From assembly GCA_034520965.1 (NCBI GenBank), contig JAXHMY010000007.1:96001-160000 (forward strand): a stretch of 64,000 nucleotides of DNA, written 5' to 3'. The translations under genes were made by a program, and so were the position numbers. A model generated the notes under the pieces. It had not been told where the DNA came from. It saw only the letters and a list, made by a program, of their open reading frames with translations, and ran no database searches. The DNA comes from Spirochaetia bacterium. Lineage in GTDB: Bacteria > Spirochaetota > Spirochaetia > DSM-16054 > Sediminispirochaetaceae. Shown one piece after another: positions 39,213 through 48,532 of this stretch; position 1 is the stretch's first letter; each line of letters opens with the position of its first letter.

Positions 39213-41765
39213 TTATCTGCCGCCCCTGGGTTTACTGCGGTCGGTGGGTTCGGCGGACAGGGGGTCTTCCGGCCAATAGTGCTTGGGGTAGCGGCCGCGC
39301 AGCTCCTTCCGTACCTCCGGGTAGGTCTGCCGCCAGAAGGAGTGGAGGTCGCGGGTTACCTGCACGGGCCGCCCGGCGGGGGAGAGGAGCTCGATTTCTA
39401 CCGGCACCCCGGCCACTCGGGGGGTAACCGGAAGCCCGAAGAGCTGCTGAATGCGGGCGGCCAGGATACAGCGGCCCCCCTCGTAGCGCAGCCGCCGGGA
39501 TGTTCCTGAAGGCAGGGTCAGCTGCTCCGGGGCCAGCTGATCAATTTTGCGTTGCAGCTGCCAGGGCAGCAGCGAGCGCAGTGCCTGGGCCAGGGGCAGC
39601 TCTTTCAGGGAGTTCTGCTTCAGCCTGCGCGGCAGGAAAGGCTCCAGCCACTCCTCAAGCCCGTCCCCCAGGGCCTCGTCGCCGACATCCGGCCACAGCT
39701 CTCCCTGTACCTCCCGCAGAAAGGCAATCCGCCGGCGCAGCTCCTGGGCCCCGCGGCTCCAGGGCAGGCGGCTAAGCCCTTCTTTGTTCAGTATTTCCTG
39801 TTTCAACAGCTCTAAGAAGGCCTCCCGGGGAGAGGACAAGTCCGCAGGCGCAATTGGGGTAGAGGAGACTTGCAGGCCTCCTGCTGGTTCTGTGCCTTCC
39901 CCCAGGATTTTGAGCCGTCGGGCTCTGAGCAAGCCATTTTCATCGATACTCAACTGCTCCTGCTCTCGGGCGTGTTCGGTAATAAAGGCCTGTACTTCCG
40001 CCTGAGACAGGGCCGCAGCAAGGTAAATGAGCCCCTCCCGCTGGCCGCGGTGCAGGGCTCCGGCCACAATCCACTCCGGTGCGAACCCCCGCTTCCCCTC
40101 GATAAGGCGCGCCTCCGGCCCGCTTGCCAGACGGTATCGGCCTTGCTCGGTACGCCGGGCAATCCGGTCAGGATACGCCCCCAGCAGCAGCCATCCGGGA
40201 CTGTTTGCTGGGCCTTTGGTGTCAGCAGCCCCTGAGTTGCGCGCGTGGCCGGCGGCCAGGTACTCGAGTCGCTCCGCCTCCTGTAAAACTCGCTCTGCCG
40301 GCCTGCGGGAAAGTTCTGGCGGAAGAGCACCGCGAGCCTGCTCAAGCAGCTCTACCCTCAGAGCCAGGTCGGCCCCAAAGGTATCACGCAGCTCCGGCCG
40401 CAGGGGATCGCCGTGCTCCAGAATCGCTGCTGTGAGGGCTGCGGTCTGGACGGAGGAATATGTGGGGCTCCCGCTGCTGTGGCTTGCTGCGGCCGCTTCG
40501 GTCAGCATGGAGGCCAAACGCGGTGCTACCGGCATGCGGGCCATGGCCGCCCCCTTGGCTGTGGGAACTCCCTTCTCATCGATGGCAGCGAGCTCCCGCA
40601 GCAGCTCCAGCGCCTCTGTGCGACGTTCTGCCTCCGGCGGGTCCGGCCAGGGGCAGGAACTGCCCTGGGTGTCTCCCCACACTGCCAGGGTCAAGAACAG
40701 TCCGGAGAGGTCGGCCTGTTTAATTTCCGGCGGGTCGAACTCATCCAGACGCTCGTAGCTTTCCCACAGACGTATCACCGTTCCAGGGCCCAGTCGGCCG
40801 GCCCGTCCTGCCCGCTGGGTGGCGGAGGCGGCGCTGATGCGTACTGTCTGCAGACGGGAGAGTCCGGTATCCGGGTTCCAGCTGCTGCGGCGGCGCAGGC
40901 CGGAGTCTATCACACAGCGGATACCCTCGATGGTCAGGCTTGTCTCGGCAATATTGGTGGCAATCACAATTTTGCGTCGCCCCGCCTTGGGAGGAGCAAT
41001 GGCCTGGGATTGTTCCTGTGGGCTCAGACGCCCGTAGAGGGGATGCACTTCTACCTCCTCGGGGAGCTGGGAGGCACGCAGGGCCTCGGCCGCCCGGCGA
41101 ATCTCCGCCTCTCCGGGTAAAAAGAACAGAATGCTTCCCTGGTTTTCGCTTATCCAGCGGCGGCACTCCTCGGCCCCATGCTGTTCGGGGTGGTAGTGAA
41201 CCGTGAGCGGGTGGAGGCTTCCTTCGGCCTGCAGCACGGTAAAGGGGTCGGCGGAGAACTGTTTCGTATTCAGGGTGGCCGACATTACCAGCAGTCGCAG
41301 GTCGGGGCGAAACAGGTCGCGGCACTGCCGGGCAAGAACATAGGCCAGGTCGGTGGCCAGGGAGCGTTCGTGAAACTCGTCCAGAATAACCGCCGCCGTA
41401 TCTTGCGCCTCGGGGTCTTCTAACAGCCGCCGGGTGAAAATACCCTCGGTCATTACGATGATATCCGAATTTTTGGGCACCGAGCGCTCGTAGCGGGTAA
41501 CGTAGCCTATACGGGTCTGCCCGCCGCCGAGTTCATTGAGCCGGGCCGCCAGGGCACGGACCGCCGGGCGCCGGGGCTGCAGCAGCAGGATCGTTCGTCC
41601 CTGCCGCCACTCCGCATCCAGCAGAAAAAAGGGAACCAGTGTCGATTTGCCGCTGCCCGGCGGGGCCTCGATTACCGGAATGCGCTGTGCCTTAAGCTCT
41701 TGCTGAATGGCCGGCCGCAGAGAGAGCACCGGATAGGAGGGCAGTTGTACTTCCTTGTTGTGCAT
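39213..41765 (-). CDS. hrpB: ATP-dependent RNA helicase HrpB
   Basis: APPGSGKST, DEFHER, MSAT, ATNIAETSLTI, QRAGRAGR, C-terminal LRGRYPKHYWPEDP. Confidence 0.95.
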   Translation of the reverse strand: MHNKEVQLPSYPVLSLRPAIQQELKAQRIPVIEAPPGSGKSTLVPFFLLDAEWRQGRTILLLQPRRPAVRALAARLNELGGGQTRIGYVTRYERSVPKNSDIIVMTEGIFTRRLLEDPEAQDTAAVILDEFHERSLATDLAYVLARQCRDLFRPDLRLLVMSATLNTKQFSADPFTVLQAEGSLHPLTVHYHPEQHGAEECRRWISENQGSILFFLPGEAEIRRAAEALRASQLPEEVEVHPLYGRLSPQEQSQAIAPPKAGRRKIVIATNIAETSLTIEGIRCVIDSGLRRRSSWNPDTGLSRLQTVRISAASATQRAGRAGRLGPGTVIRLWESYERLDEFDPPEIKQADLSGLFLTLAVWGDTQGSSCPWPDPPEAERRTEALELLRELAAIDEKGVPTAKGAAMARMPVAPRLASMLTEAAAASHSSGSPTYSSVQTAALTAAILEHGDPLRPELRDTFGADLALRVELLEQARGALPPELSRRPAERVLQEAERLEYLAAGHARNSGAADTKGPANSPGWLLLGAYPDRIARRTEQGRYRLASGPEARLIEGKRGFAPEWIVAGALHRGQREGLIYLAAALSQAEVQAFITEHAREQEQLSIDENGLLRARRLKILGEGTEPAGGLQVSSTPIAPADLSSPREAFLELLKQEILNKEGLSRLPWSRGAQELRRRIAFLREVQGELWPDVGDEALGDGLEEWLEPFLPRRLKQNSLKELPLAQALRSLLPWQLQRKIDQLAPEQLTLPSGTSRRLRYEGGRCILAARIQQLFGLPVTPRVAGVPVEIELLSPAGRPVQVTRDLHSFWRQTYPEVRKELRGRYPKHYWPEDPLSAEPTDRSKPRGGR

Positions 41766-41922
41766 ATCACTCTAGTGTACCCTACAATCCCTTAGAGTTT
41801 GAACCACTAGGGTCGGCTGTTTGTTTTGAACTGTGGGGCGACAGCCGGCCAAGAAAACTTTTTGGAATTATCGTGGATTGACGGCTATAACAGAGTTACA
41901 TTCTACTTATAAGGAGCACGCA

Positions 41923-42504
41923 ATGCACAAAACACATATCTACTGGCTGGTGATGCTGTCCGTTTTTCTGCTGGGTCCCGTATTTCACGGAGCTGCCTTG
42001 GGCGGACGTGAGGCTGAAGAGGAGAGCCCGGTTCTTACAGAAGAGGAATCACGGGAGATAGAACTGTATATGATTCATCCGGCACCGGGAACATCCGCTG
42101 TCGCCGCAGTACCGCGGCCGACGGGGCAGGCCGCCTGGTATCTGTTCCAGAAAGTAGAGACCTCCGGAGGAAGGGTCCGTGTGACGGGAAACAGACAGCT
42201 CTCCGGCCCGATTCTATCACGGGAGATGAGCGGTCTTACCGGTCAGCTGCGGCTCAGCCGCTTCAGAATGTCCCTGGAGCCCCAGGCTACACTATCCTAC
42301 CGCAATCCCCGGGAAGTGCAAGTGAGCTTTGATCTGGATGATATGCTTAATGGGAGCAGGGTGGATCTGCAGCCGGCCCAGCAGGCGGTGGTCCAGGCTG
42401 CCCGCTCGGAGGACACCGGCACTTTCCTTATGCGGGTGAAGTCGATGTCGGTTGATGGCCGTAGGTGGACTGCGGTGGTAGAGGTGGCCGACCCGGTTCA
42501 GTAA
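41923..42504 (+). CDS. Hypothetical exported protein
   Basis: AAGGAG RBS; signal peptide followed by ALGGREAEE. Confidence 0.65.
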   Translation: MHKTHIYWLVMLSVFLLGPVFHGAALGGREAEEESPVLTEEESREIELYMIHPAPGTSAVAAVPRPTGQAAWYLFQKVETSGGRVRVTGNRQLSGPILSREMSGLTGQLRLSRFRMSLEPQATLSYRNPREVQVSFDLDDMLNGSRVDLQPAQQAVVQAARSEDTGTFLMRVKSMSVDGRRWTAVVEVADPVQ

Positions 42505-42708
42505 AGCCTGCCGGAAAAGTGGAGAAAACTGGTGCAGTAGGGTACCCAATGCCTGTGCCTCGATGCCGTTAGTCAATGTTTTCAGGCGCCAAATTTGATT
42601 GACTAACCGTATCGGGCTCAAGCTGTTTTGGTTGCCTTCTCCCACCACCTTTTCCCGCCACCTTATCCCAGCAAAATGACCGTCCGGCGGCCCACAATCA
42701 CTATATCA

Positions 42709-43473
42709 CTATATTGGAATTACCGTTGGGTGACCGCCGGCCTCCACCACTTGCGCATCCATAGCGTATACCTCTCGTATGGCAGGGGGGCTTATTATTT
42801 CTCTGCCCCCGGCAGCGTAGATTCGGCCATCCTTGAGCAGGAGAAACTTGTCGGAATAACGCAGCGCGAGGTTGATGTCATGCATGCTCATTACCGCAGC
42901 CCGGGGGGCGGCGTGAATAAGGGATTGGATCTTTCCCATAAGACGGTGCTGGTTGCTTATGTCCAGGCTGCTGGTGGGCTCGTCGAACAGGATTGCCCGG
43001 GGCTCCTGTGCCATGGCCCGGGCAATTTGGACCATCTGGAACTCTCCGCCGCTTATTTCGTCGGCATAGCGCAGGGAAAGATGTTCCAGCCCCATCATCC
43101 GGATTGCCTCCATCGCCTGCCGATGGTCCTCCTTGCCGGGGCTCCACTTGAAATGGGGTTTGCGGCCCAGCAGTATCAGGTCGTACACCTTCATGCTGGA
43201 GACCTCGCCCCGCTGGGGTACCCAGCCCATCTTTCCGGCGATCTTCCTGCGGCTCATTTCCCGGGTATCTTGGCCGTCGATAAGCACCGTTCCGCCCCGG
43301 GGCCCTTTCCGGGGAGAAAGGACCCGGTTGAGGCACTTGAGCAGAGTGGTTTTGCCCGCTCCGTTCGGGCCGAGAATGGAAAGTATCTCTCCCTCATGAA
43401 CGGACAAAGCTACGTCCCGGATGACTGGAACGCTGTTATAGCGGAAGTTCAGTCCGTCGACCTGTAGAATCAT
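42709..43473 (-). CDS. Metal-chelate ABC transporter ATP-binding protein (FecE/BtuD family)
   Basis: GPNGAGKTT, ISGGE, LFDEPTSSLD, MHDINLA. Confidence 0.92.
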   Translation of the reverse strand: MILQVDGLNFRYNSVPVIRDVALSVHEGEILSILGPNGAGKTTLLKCLNRVLSPRKGPRGGTVLIDGQDTREMSRRKIAGKMGWVPQRGEVSSMKVYDLILLGRKPHFKWSPGKEDHRQAMEAIRMMGLEHLSLRYADEISGGEFQMVQIARAMAQEPRAILFDEPTSSLDISNQHRLMGKIQSLIHAAPRAAVMSMHDINLALRYSDKFLLLKDGRIYAAGGREIISPPAIREVYAMDAQVVEAGGHPTVIPI

Positions 43474-44531
43474 CTCTTCCCCCTGGCGACCAGCAGATAT
43501 ATGAACAGGGGGCCTCCTAAAAGTGAGGTGAGTATTCCCACCGGCAGGACCATCGGGGACAGCACCGTCCTGGCCGCTGTATCAGCTGCAAGCAGGACGA
43601 TTGCCCCTATCAGGGGCGAGGCGATGAGCAGAAAGCGGTGATCTCCTCCCAGAATCCGTTTTGCTATATGCGGGGCGAGCAGACCGATAAAGGCTATAAT
43701 TCCGAAAAAAGATACAATGACTGCGGATAGAAGGGATGCGGCGGTCATACCGGCAACCCTGACGGCTCCTGTTTTCACGCCGAGGCCCTTGGCCGTCTCT
43801 TCCCCCGTATCCAGCACATTGAAGTCCCAGCGGTAATAGAGAAACAGCAGACTGACAGGGAGCAAGGTCAGCGCGGTAATCGTGAGCACGTGCCAATCGG
43901 CCCTGCCCAGATCGCCGAAGCTCCAGGATACTATGCTTGCCAGCTGTATGCTGTCGGCCAGGTATTGCATAAGCGTGAGGCCGGCGGAGAAGAGCGAACC
44001 TATGGCAATGCCTGCCAGGACAATACTCTCGGCGGAGATTTTGGTTAACACCGCCAGCAGGAGAATAGCCACGGTGGAGAGAATGCAGAAGAAGAAGGCG
44101 GATAAAGCGACCGCGAAGCTGTTGCTAATAAGAACGGTAGAAGTAGTACCGGTTCCCGCCCCGAAAAAAACGATTGCAAAGGAGGCGCCGAAGGCTGCCG
44201 CGCTGGAAAGACCCAGGGTGTAGGGTGAGGCCAGGGGATTGCGGAGGACAGACTGCATCACCGTACCCGACAGGGAGAGTCCTGCCCCCGCCAGCAGGGC
44301 CGCAATTATCCGCGGCATCCTTACTTCCCAGACGATCCTACCCGGTCCGGTGGCGTCCAGCCGCAGGAGCAACGACAGCACCTCTTTCAGGGGTATCCGG
44401 ATAGTTCCTGCGGCGGCAGAGATAAGCAGCAGCAGCACAAGTATGAATCCGACAGCAGCCAGGAAAAGAATCTTGCCTTTAATGTAGCCCCTGTAAAGGT
44501 TCTGTACTGAGTCCGATGTGCTGCGCATCAT
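43470..44531 (-). CDS. FecCD/BtuC-family ABC permease
   Basis: RMPR, LRNPLASPYTLG, FIGLLAPH, LPVGILTSLLGGP. Confidence 0.93.
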   Translation of the reverse strand: MMRSTSDSVQNLYRGYIKGKILFLAAVGFILVLLLLISAAAGTIRIPLKEVLSLLLRLDATGPGRIVWEVRMPRIIAALLAGAGLSLSGTVMQSVLRNPLASPYTLGLSSAAAFGASFAIVFFGAGTGTTSTVLISNSFAVALSAFFFCILSTVAILLLAVLTKISAESIVLAGIAIGSLFSAGLTLMQYLADSIQLASIVSWSFGDLGRADWHVLTITALTLLPVSLLFLYYRWDFNVLDTGEETAKGLGVKTGAVRVAGMTAASLLSAVIVSFFGIIAFIGLLAPHIAKRILGGDHRFLLIASPLIGAIVLLAADTAARTVLSPMVLPVGILTSLLGGPLFIYLLVARGKR

Positions 44532-44535
44532 GCTC

Positions 44536-45657
44536 TTAATTAAACCAATCTACCCTGCCGAGTCCGGCTTTCTGATGGGAGATAACCGAATTGTAGTCCA
44601 AATGTACATTGAAAAAGAGTTTCCACATCTCCTCCGCCTTTTTCTTTATATCTACATCACTGTACAGCTGCGGATAGAGGACTTTTCCGATATAGTAGAC
44701 ATTGATCAGCTGATTTTCCCAGTTGGTTCCGTAGTATTTGTACACCAGGGTGGTGTACACCTGCCGGTTGCCGAAAGCCGGGACCTGTTCTTCCAACACC
44801 TTTTGGTGCTGCATAAATCCGGATTTGGACAAGTTCACATTGGCCGCGTCGATAAACGCGTAGTCCGGGGCGGCGGCAATGAGATCCTCCAGAGAAGTCA
44901 TGTAGGGCTGGCGGTTATTGGCAGGATTACTGGGCATGACGTTATCAGTACCGGTAAGGTCAAAGGGGAGGTAATCGCCGGTGGTACGGAGAAGATCGGC
45001 GGGGCCGTAAAACATCATTCCCCCGGCATAGGCCCGCTTGGGGGACTCAAGCCGGGCAGCCCGGCTCTCAATATCTGTAAGAGCTGCGCTGATACCCTCA
45101 ATCAGCTTTTCGGCCCGGTTCGATTTGTCCAGCACTTTGCCTAGGCTTCTGAGCTGATGATAAAACTGTTCCGGGTCATACAGCTCGACATCGGCATTGA
45201 CGGCGAAGACCGGTATTCCCAAGACTGACTGCAGCTGATCCAACTCGCCGACATCTACAGTGGAGGAGATGATAATATCCGGGTCTGCCGCGATTATCCC
45301 TTCATGGTTCTCCGCGCTTCCTATGCTCGGCAGGTCTCTGAGCCCGGGATAGGCCAGGCGGTAGGTGGCTAAAGAAAAGAAATTATTTTCTGTTTTTTCA
45401 CGGCCATGGCCCTGATCTTCCACGGCAATAACTTTATCCACCGCATCTAAATAGCTTATCAGTCGCAAAGCGCCCGCTTCGAGGGCAACTATACTGTCTA
45501 TTTTTTCAGGGACTGAGACTGTGCGTCCCCGCATGTCGGTACTTTCAAAGGCTCCTCCGCTTTCAGGCACTTCCTGCTCCGCCATTGCAAACAGCCCGGC
45601 ATTGATGCAGATGAACAGAAGGACAATAAGTTTTTTACCGATAGATCTGTATTCCAT
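44536..45657 (-). CDS. FecB/BtuF-type ABC substrate-binding protein
   Basis: TDMRGRTVSVP..IDSIVAL, EGIIAADPDIII. Confidence 0.88.
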   Translation of the reverse strand: MEYRSIGKKLIVLLFICINAGLFAMAEQEVPESGGAFESTDMRGRTVSVPEKIDSIVALEAGALRLISYLDAVDKVIAVEDQGHGREKTENNFFSLATYRLAYPGLRDLPSIGSAENHEGIIAADPDIIISSTVDVGELDQLQSVLGIPVFAVNADVELYDPEQFYHQLRSLGKVLDKSNRAEKLIEGISAALTDIESRAARLESPKRAYAGGMMFYGPADLLRTTGDYLPFDLTGTDNVMPSNPANNRQPYMTSLEDLIAAAPDYAFIDAANVNLSKSGFMQHQKVLEEQVPAFGNRQVYTTLVYKYYGTNWENQLINVYYIGKVLYPQLYSDVDIKKKAEEMWKLFFNVHLDYNSVISHQKAGLGRVDWFN

Positions 45658-45680
45658 TGTAAAACCTCCGATGAGTTGGT

Positions 45681-45710
45681 AGTAACACGAATAGTCTAAT
45701 GCGTGCTACT
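45681..45710. promoter_or_regulatory. Putative NikR operator
   Basis: AGTAACACG-N12-CGTGCTACT (core GTAACAC-N14-GTGCTAC, 28 bp) between nikR and the SBP start. Confidence 0.7.
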
Positions 45711-45775
45711 CACAGAGAGGCTACAGGGTATCTTTTTCTCTGTCAATGCGGTGCTCGCCTGCACGCGGTAGGCGG

Positions 45776-46202
45776 CTATTTTTGTTTTGTGAGTACTTTC
45801 TGCAGTTCATCGGTGGCGGCGATAGTCAGGTCTCCGATTACTTTTCGACTGGAAAGCAGTTTCTCCGCCCAGGCATGCACTTCCTTGCCTTTGCCCTGCA
45901 CAATGAGAACCTTCACACACACCTCTTTGTCTGCATGCAGCTGGAGGTTGGCGGTAATTCTCACGGAAGGAAAGGGCTCTACCGATACCCGGGGCAGGCC
46001 GCTTTCGTAGTGGTACAGCAGCGTCAATGTCCCGAGTACCTGGTGCTCTTCATCTCCGGCGTAGGTGTTGATCGAGTTCCTGCCTGACCAGCCCCCGTAA
46101 GGTTTCCGAGCGGTTCGGATGGCCCTTTTCACGGGTCATCTTATCCAGCAGGTCCACCAGATCGCTGTCCATAGATACCCCGAAGCGAATAGTCTCTCCC
46201 AT
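45776..46202 (-). CDS. nikR: Nickel-responsive regulator NikR (frameshifted)
   Basis: Hand translation MGETIRFGVSMDSDLVDLLD...NRSETLR (RHH domain); C-terminal GTLTLLYHY...LQLHADKEVCVKVLIVQGK; indels near 46050-46100. Confidence 0.8.
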
Positions 46203-46227
46203 ACATCCTCCTGGACCAATACTACCA

Positions 46228-46258
46228 CGGATGGGGAGGTTATATAAACTACGGATAT
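46228..46258 (+). repeat. Module-boundary motif copy 1
   Basis: CGGATGGGGAGGTTATATAAACTACGGATAT. Confidence 0.85.
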
Positions 46259-46272
46259 CTGGGGTTTTTTTA

Positions 46273-46301
46273 TTGACTAGTCAGACTAGTTAGTTTATAC
46301 T
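46273..46301 (+). promoter_or_regulatory. Sigma70 promoter with overlapping operator for phd-vapC
   Basis: TTGACT-N17-TATACT; palindrome TGACTAGTCA plus a second GACTAGT overlapping the -35 and spacer. Confidence 0.75.
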
Positions 46302-46320
46302 AATACTAAGGGAGGAATGT

Positions 46321-46563
46321 ATGCGTATATGGTCGCTACAGGATGCAAAGGCTCGTTTCAGTGAACTGGTGAATGTGTGCCTGGAGAGCGGGGCTCAGGT
46401 GATAACCCGGCATGGCCGGGAGGCGGTGGTGGTGTTGCCCGCCGATGAATACAGGCGGATCACGGCTCCGAAGCAGAGTTTAAAAGAGTTTTTTGTCGCG
46501 GCGCCGCGGGTTGAGTTACAGATCGATCGCTCCGGGGATACTGGACGGGAGGTGGAGCTGTGA
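46321..46563 (+). CDS. Phd/YefM family antitoxin
   Basis: WSLQDAKARFSELV, QVITRHG. Confidence 0.92.
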   Translation: MRIWSLQDAKARFSELVNVCLESGAQVITRHGREAVVVLPADEYRRITAPKQSLKEFFVAAPRVELQIDRSGDTGREVEL

Positions 46564-46979
46564 TTTTGCTCGATACCTGTGTGATTTCCGAAGTTTTGCG
46601 TCCGGATCCTTCGGCGGAGGTTGTTGAGTGGCTGGACAGCTTGCCGGAAGAGCAGGTGTATCTGCCGGCCTTGGTACTGGGGGAGCTGGAGAAGGGGGTC
46701 GAGCTGCTGCCGGAGGGGTCCAAGCAAACCGCCCTAAGGGTGTGGCTGGAGCAGCTGCGCCGGCGTTTTAGCGGGCGGATTTTGAGTTTTGACGAGGAGA
46801 CGGCGGTACGCTGGGGCGATCTAAGTGCCCGCTGTCAGGGTACCGGCCGGCGCCTGCCGGTGGTGGACGGGATGCTGGCGGCCACGGCTTTGCAGTATGC
46901 AGCCTTGCTGGCAACCCGCAATGTGGAGGGTTTTCGCGAGACCGGGGTAACGCTTATCAACCCCTGGGAGGCGGGATAA
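46560..46979 (+). CDS. vapC: VapC (PIN domain) toxin
   Basis: LLDTCVISE, DGMLAATA, LATRN; overlaps the antitoxin stop. Confidence 0.92.
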   Translation: MILLDTCVISEVLRPDPSAEVVEWLDSLPEEQVYLPALVLGELEKGVELLPEGSKQTALRVWLEQLRRRFSGRILSFDEETAVRWGDLSARCQGTGRRLPVVDGMLAATALQYAALLATRNVEGFRETGVTLINPWEAG

Positions 46980-46994
46980 GTAAACTAAGGATAT
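46973..46994 (+). repeat. Module-boundary motif copy 2 (partial)
   Basis: GGGATAAGTAAACTAAGGATAT overlapping the vapC stop. Confidence 0.55.
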
Positions 46995-47183
46995 AGTAAG
47001 TGTGTACAGACTGACACACAAGCTCACTCGGGCCGGCTACCGGCGATGGCCGGCGGGCTTCGGGCGGGCGGCAGCCGTCGCGCAGCGCGATAGCCATCCG
47101 CCCGGGCGGCCCCGGCCGTCTATGGAATTGCATTTTTAGAAAAAAGTTAAAGAGAGATACTGTACTCTCCAGCTTCCTTGTTG

Positions 47184-48518
47184 TCACCGGAATACGAAGG
47201 CCTGGGCATTTTCACTTGCTAAAAAGGTGTTGCCTTCAATTGCGAGAGCATCACCAAAAAAGAGATCGTCTTCGGGCGGGACAGGTGCGTAGAGTTTTGC
47301 CGTCAGCCCGTAGCTGCCGTTCTGATCATCAAAGACGAATACCGCCCCGGTGTTCCAATAGTCGGTGAAATCGACGTTGTTGTTTTCGTAGGGGGCCGCA
47401 ATCAGCACCCGGTTGCCCGAAATGGCTACGTTGTCGCCGAGCCGGCTGTGCTGATGCAGATCAAGCTGGATTTCATCCGTTGTATCGAGGTCGTCTCTTC
47501 CAAGTATGTAGGTATCGAGTGCCCAGCTGTTGCCGTCGTGAAGGTAAATATACCCCTTGCCGGTCCAGCCTCCGGTACTCTTGTCCAGATGGGATGCGCC
47601 GATAACCGCCGTATCCCCATCCAAATCGACACTTCGCCCGAAATTGTCCTTTGGGCTGCGGCTGTCAGTGGGGGGGACAAACTGGTCGGTCCGGCTCCAG
47701 GAGCCGTTGCTGTATTCGAAGGAGGCCACCGATCCGGAATTCGTGCCGTAGGTATCGTCGCCGGGCATACCGACCAGTGCCCGATTGCCTGAAATAGCTA
47801 CCTCCCAGCCAAAATTATCATTGTCGTTTTCCGTGGCCGGCTGCAGCTGTGTAGGTTCCCACACATCGGCACTGTTGAGGTCGAAAATATAGGCCTCTCC
47901 GCGGGTGGTAGATGTGGTATCTGTATTGCTGTTGTAGTGATCAGCCACCGGGGCCGATGCAATGATGCTGCTTCCATCCATATCCAGCATCCAGCCGAAC
48001 TTTTCCCCTCCCTCAGGGGTTTCTGCCCAGAGGCTGGTCATGTAGTCCCAGTTGTCGGTGGACGAGTTATATTCGAAAACCTGCACATTCCCAAGCCCGG
48101 TAGTATTACCTTCTTTGTAGTACGGGGTTCCAACCACCAGGTACTCATCCGTCATTGAGACGGCGGTGCCGAAGTAATAAAAGGTATGGCTCGGCCAGCC
48201 CTGCTCGGAGACCGGCTCTACAGTACCCTTATGGCTCCATGGCGAAGTGCTGCGATCGTAGATATGCACGACTCCCCGTCCGTTGGTGGGGCTCGTGTCA
48301 CCAGTATCACTAATTGCGGCAAAGCTCGGCGACATCGCCAGGCCCTGTCCAAAGCCGCTGCTGACTCCGTCGTCTATGGTATCCAAATGTTGCAGCTCGG
48401 CCGGCGGTTCGGGAGGGGATGCGGTCTCTCCCCCGCCGTTGTTCCCGTTATTACCGAGGGGCTGGTTACAACCCAAGACTATGAGTCCGGTAGCTAAAAG
48501 TAGAAGTACGTGTTTCAT
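47184..48518 (-). CDS. FG-GAP repeat beta-propeller lipoprotein
   Basis: Lipobox VLGC; repeated FG..VA.SG...VGAP...G.VY units. Confidence 0.85.
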   Translation of the reverse strand: MKHVLLLLATGLIVLGCNQPLGNNGNNGGGETASPPEPPAELQHLDTIDDGVSSGFGQGLAMSPSFAAISDTGDTSPTNGRGVVHIYDRSTSPWSHKGTVEPVSEQGWPSHTFYYFGTAVSMTDEYLVVGTPYYKEGNTTGLGNVQVFEYNSSTDNWDYMTSLWAETPEGGEKFGWMLDMDGSSIIASAPVADHYNSNTDTTSTTRGEAYIFDLNSADVWEPTQLQPATENDNDNFGWEVAISGNRALVGMPGDDTYGTNSGSVASFEYSNGSWSRTDQFVPPTDSRSPKDNFGRSVDLDGDTAVIGASHLDKSTGGWTGKGYIYLHDGNSWALDTYILGRDDLDTTDEIQLDLHQHSRLGDNVAISGNRVLIAAPYENNNVDFTDYWNTGAVFVFDDQNGSYGLTAKLYAPVPPEDDLFFGDALAIEGNTFLASENAQAFVFR

Positions 48519-48532
48519 GGGTGGTATCCTTT

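Noticed and set aside
39279..41423. Many long + strand ORFs opposite hrpB
   Set aside because: Shadow ORFs from high GC content; no recognisable motifs.
42628..43467. 279-aa + strand ORF
   Set aside because: Antisense shadow of the ABC ATPase.
47030..47120. Very GC-rich intergenic stretch as a possible ncRNA or riboswitch
   Set aside because: No recognisable family motif; hairpins are expected at this GC content. An Rfam search would be needed.
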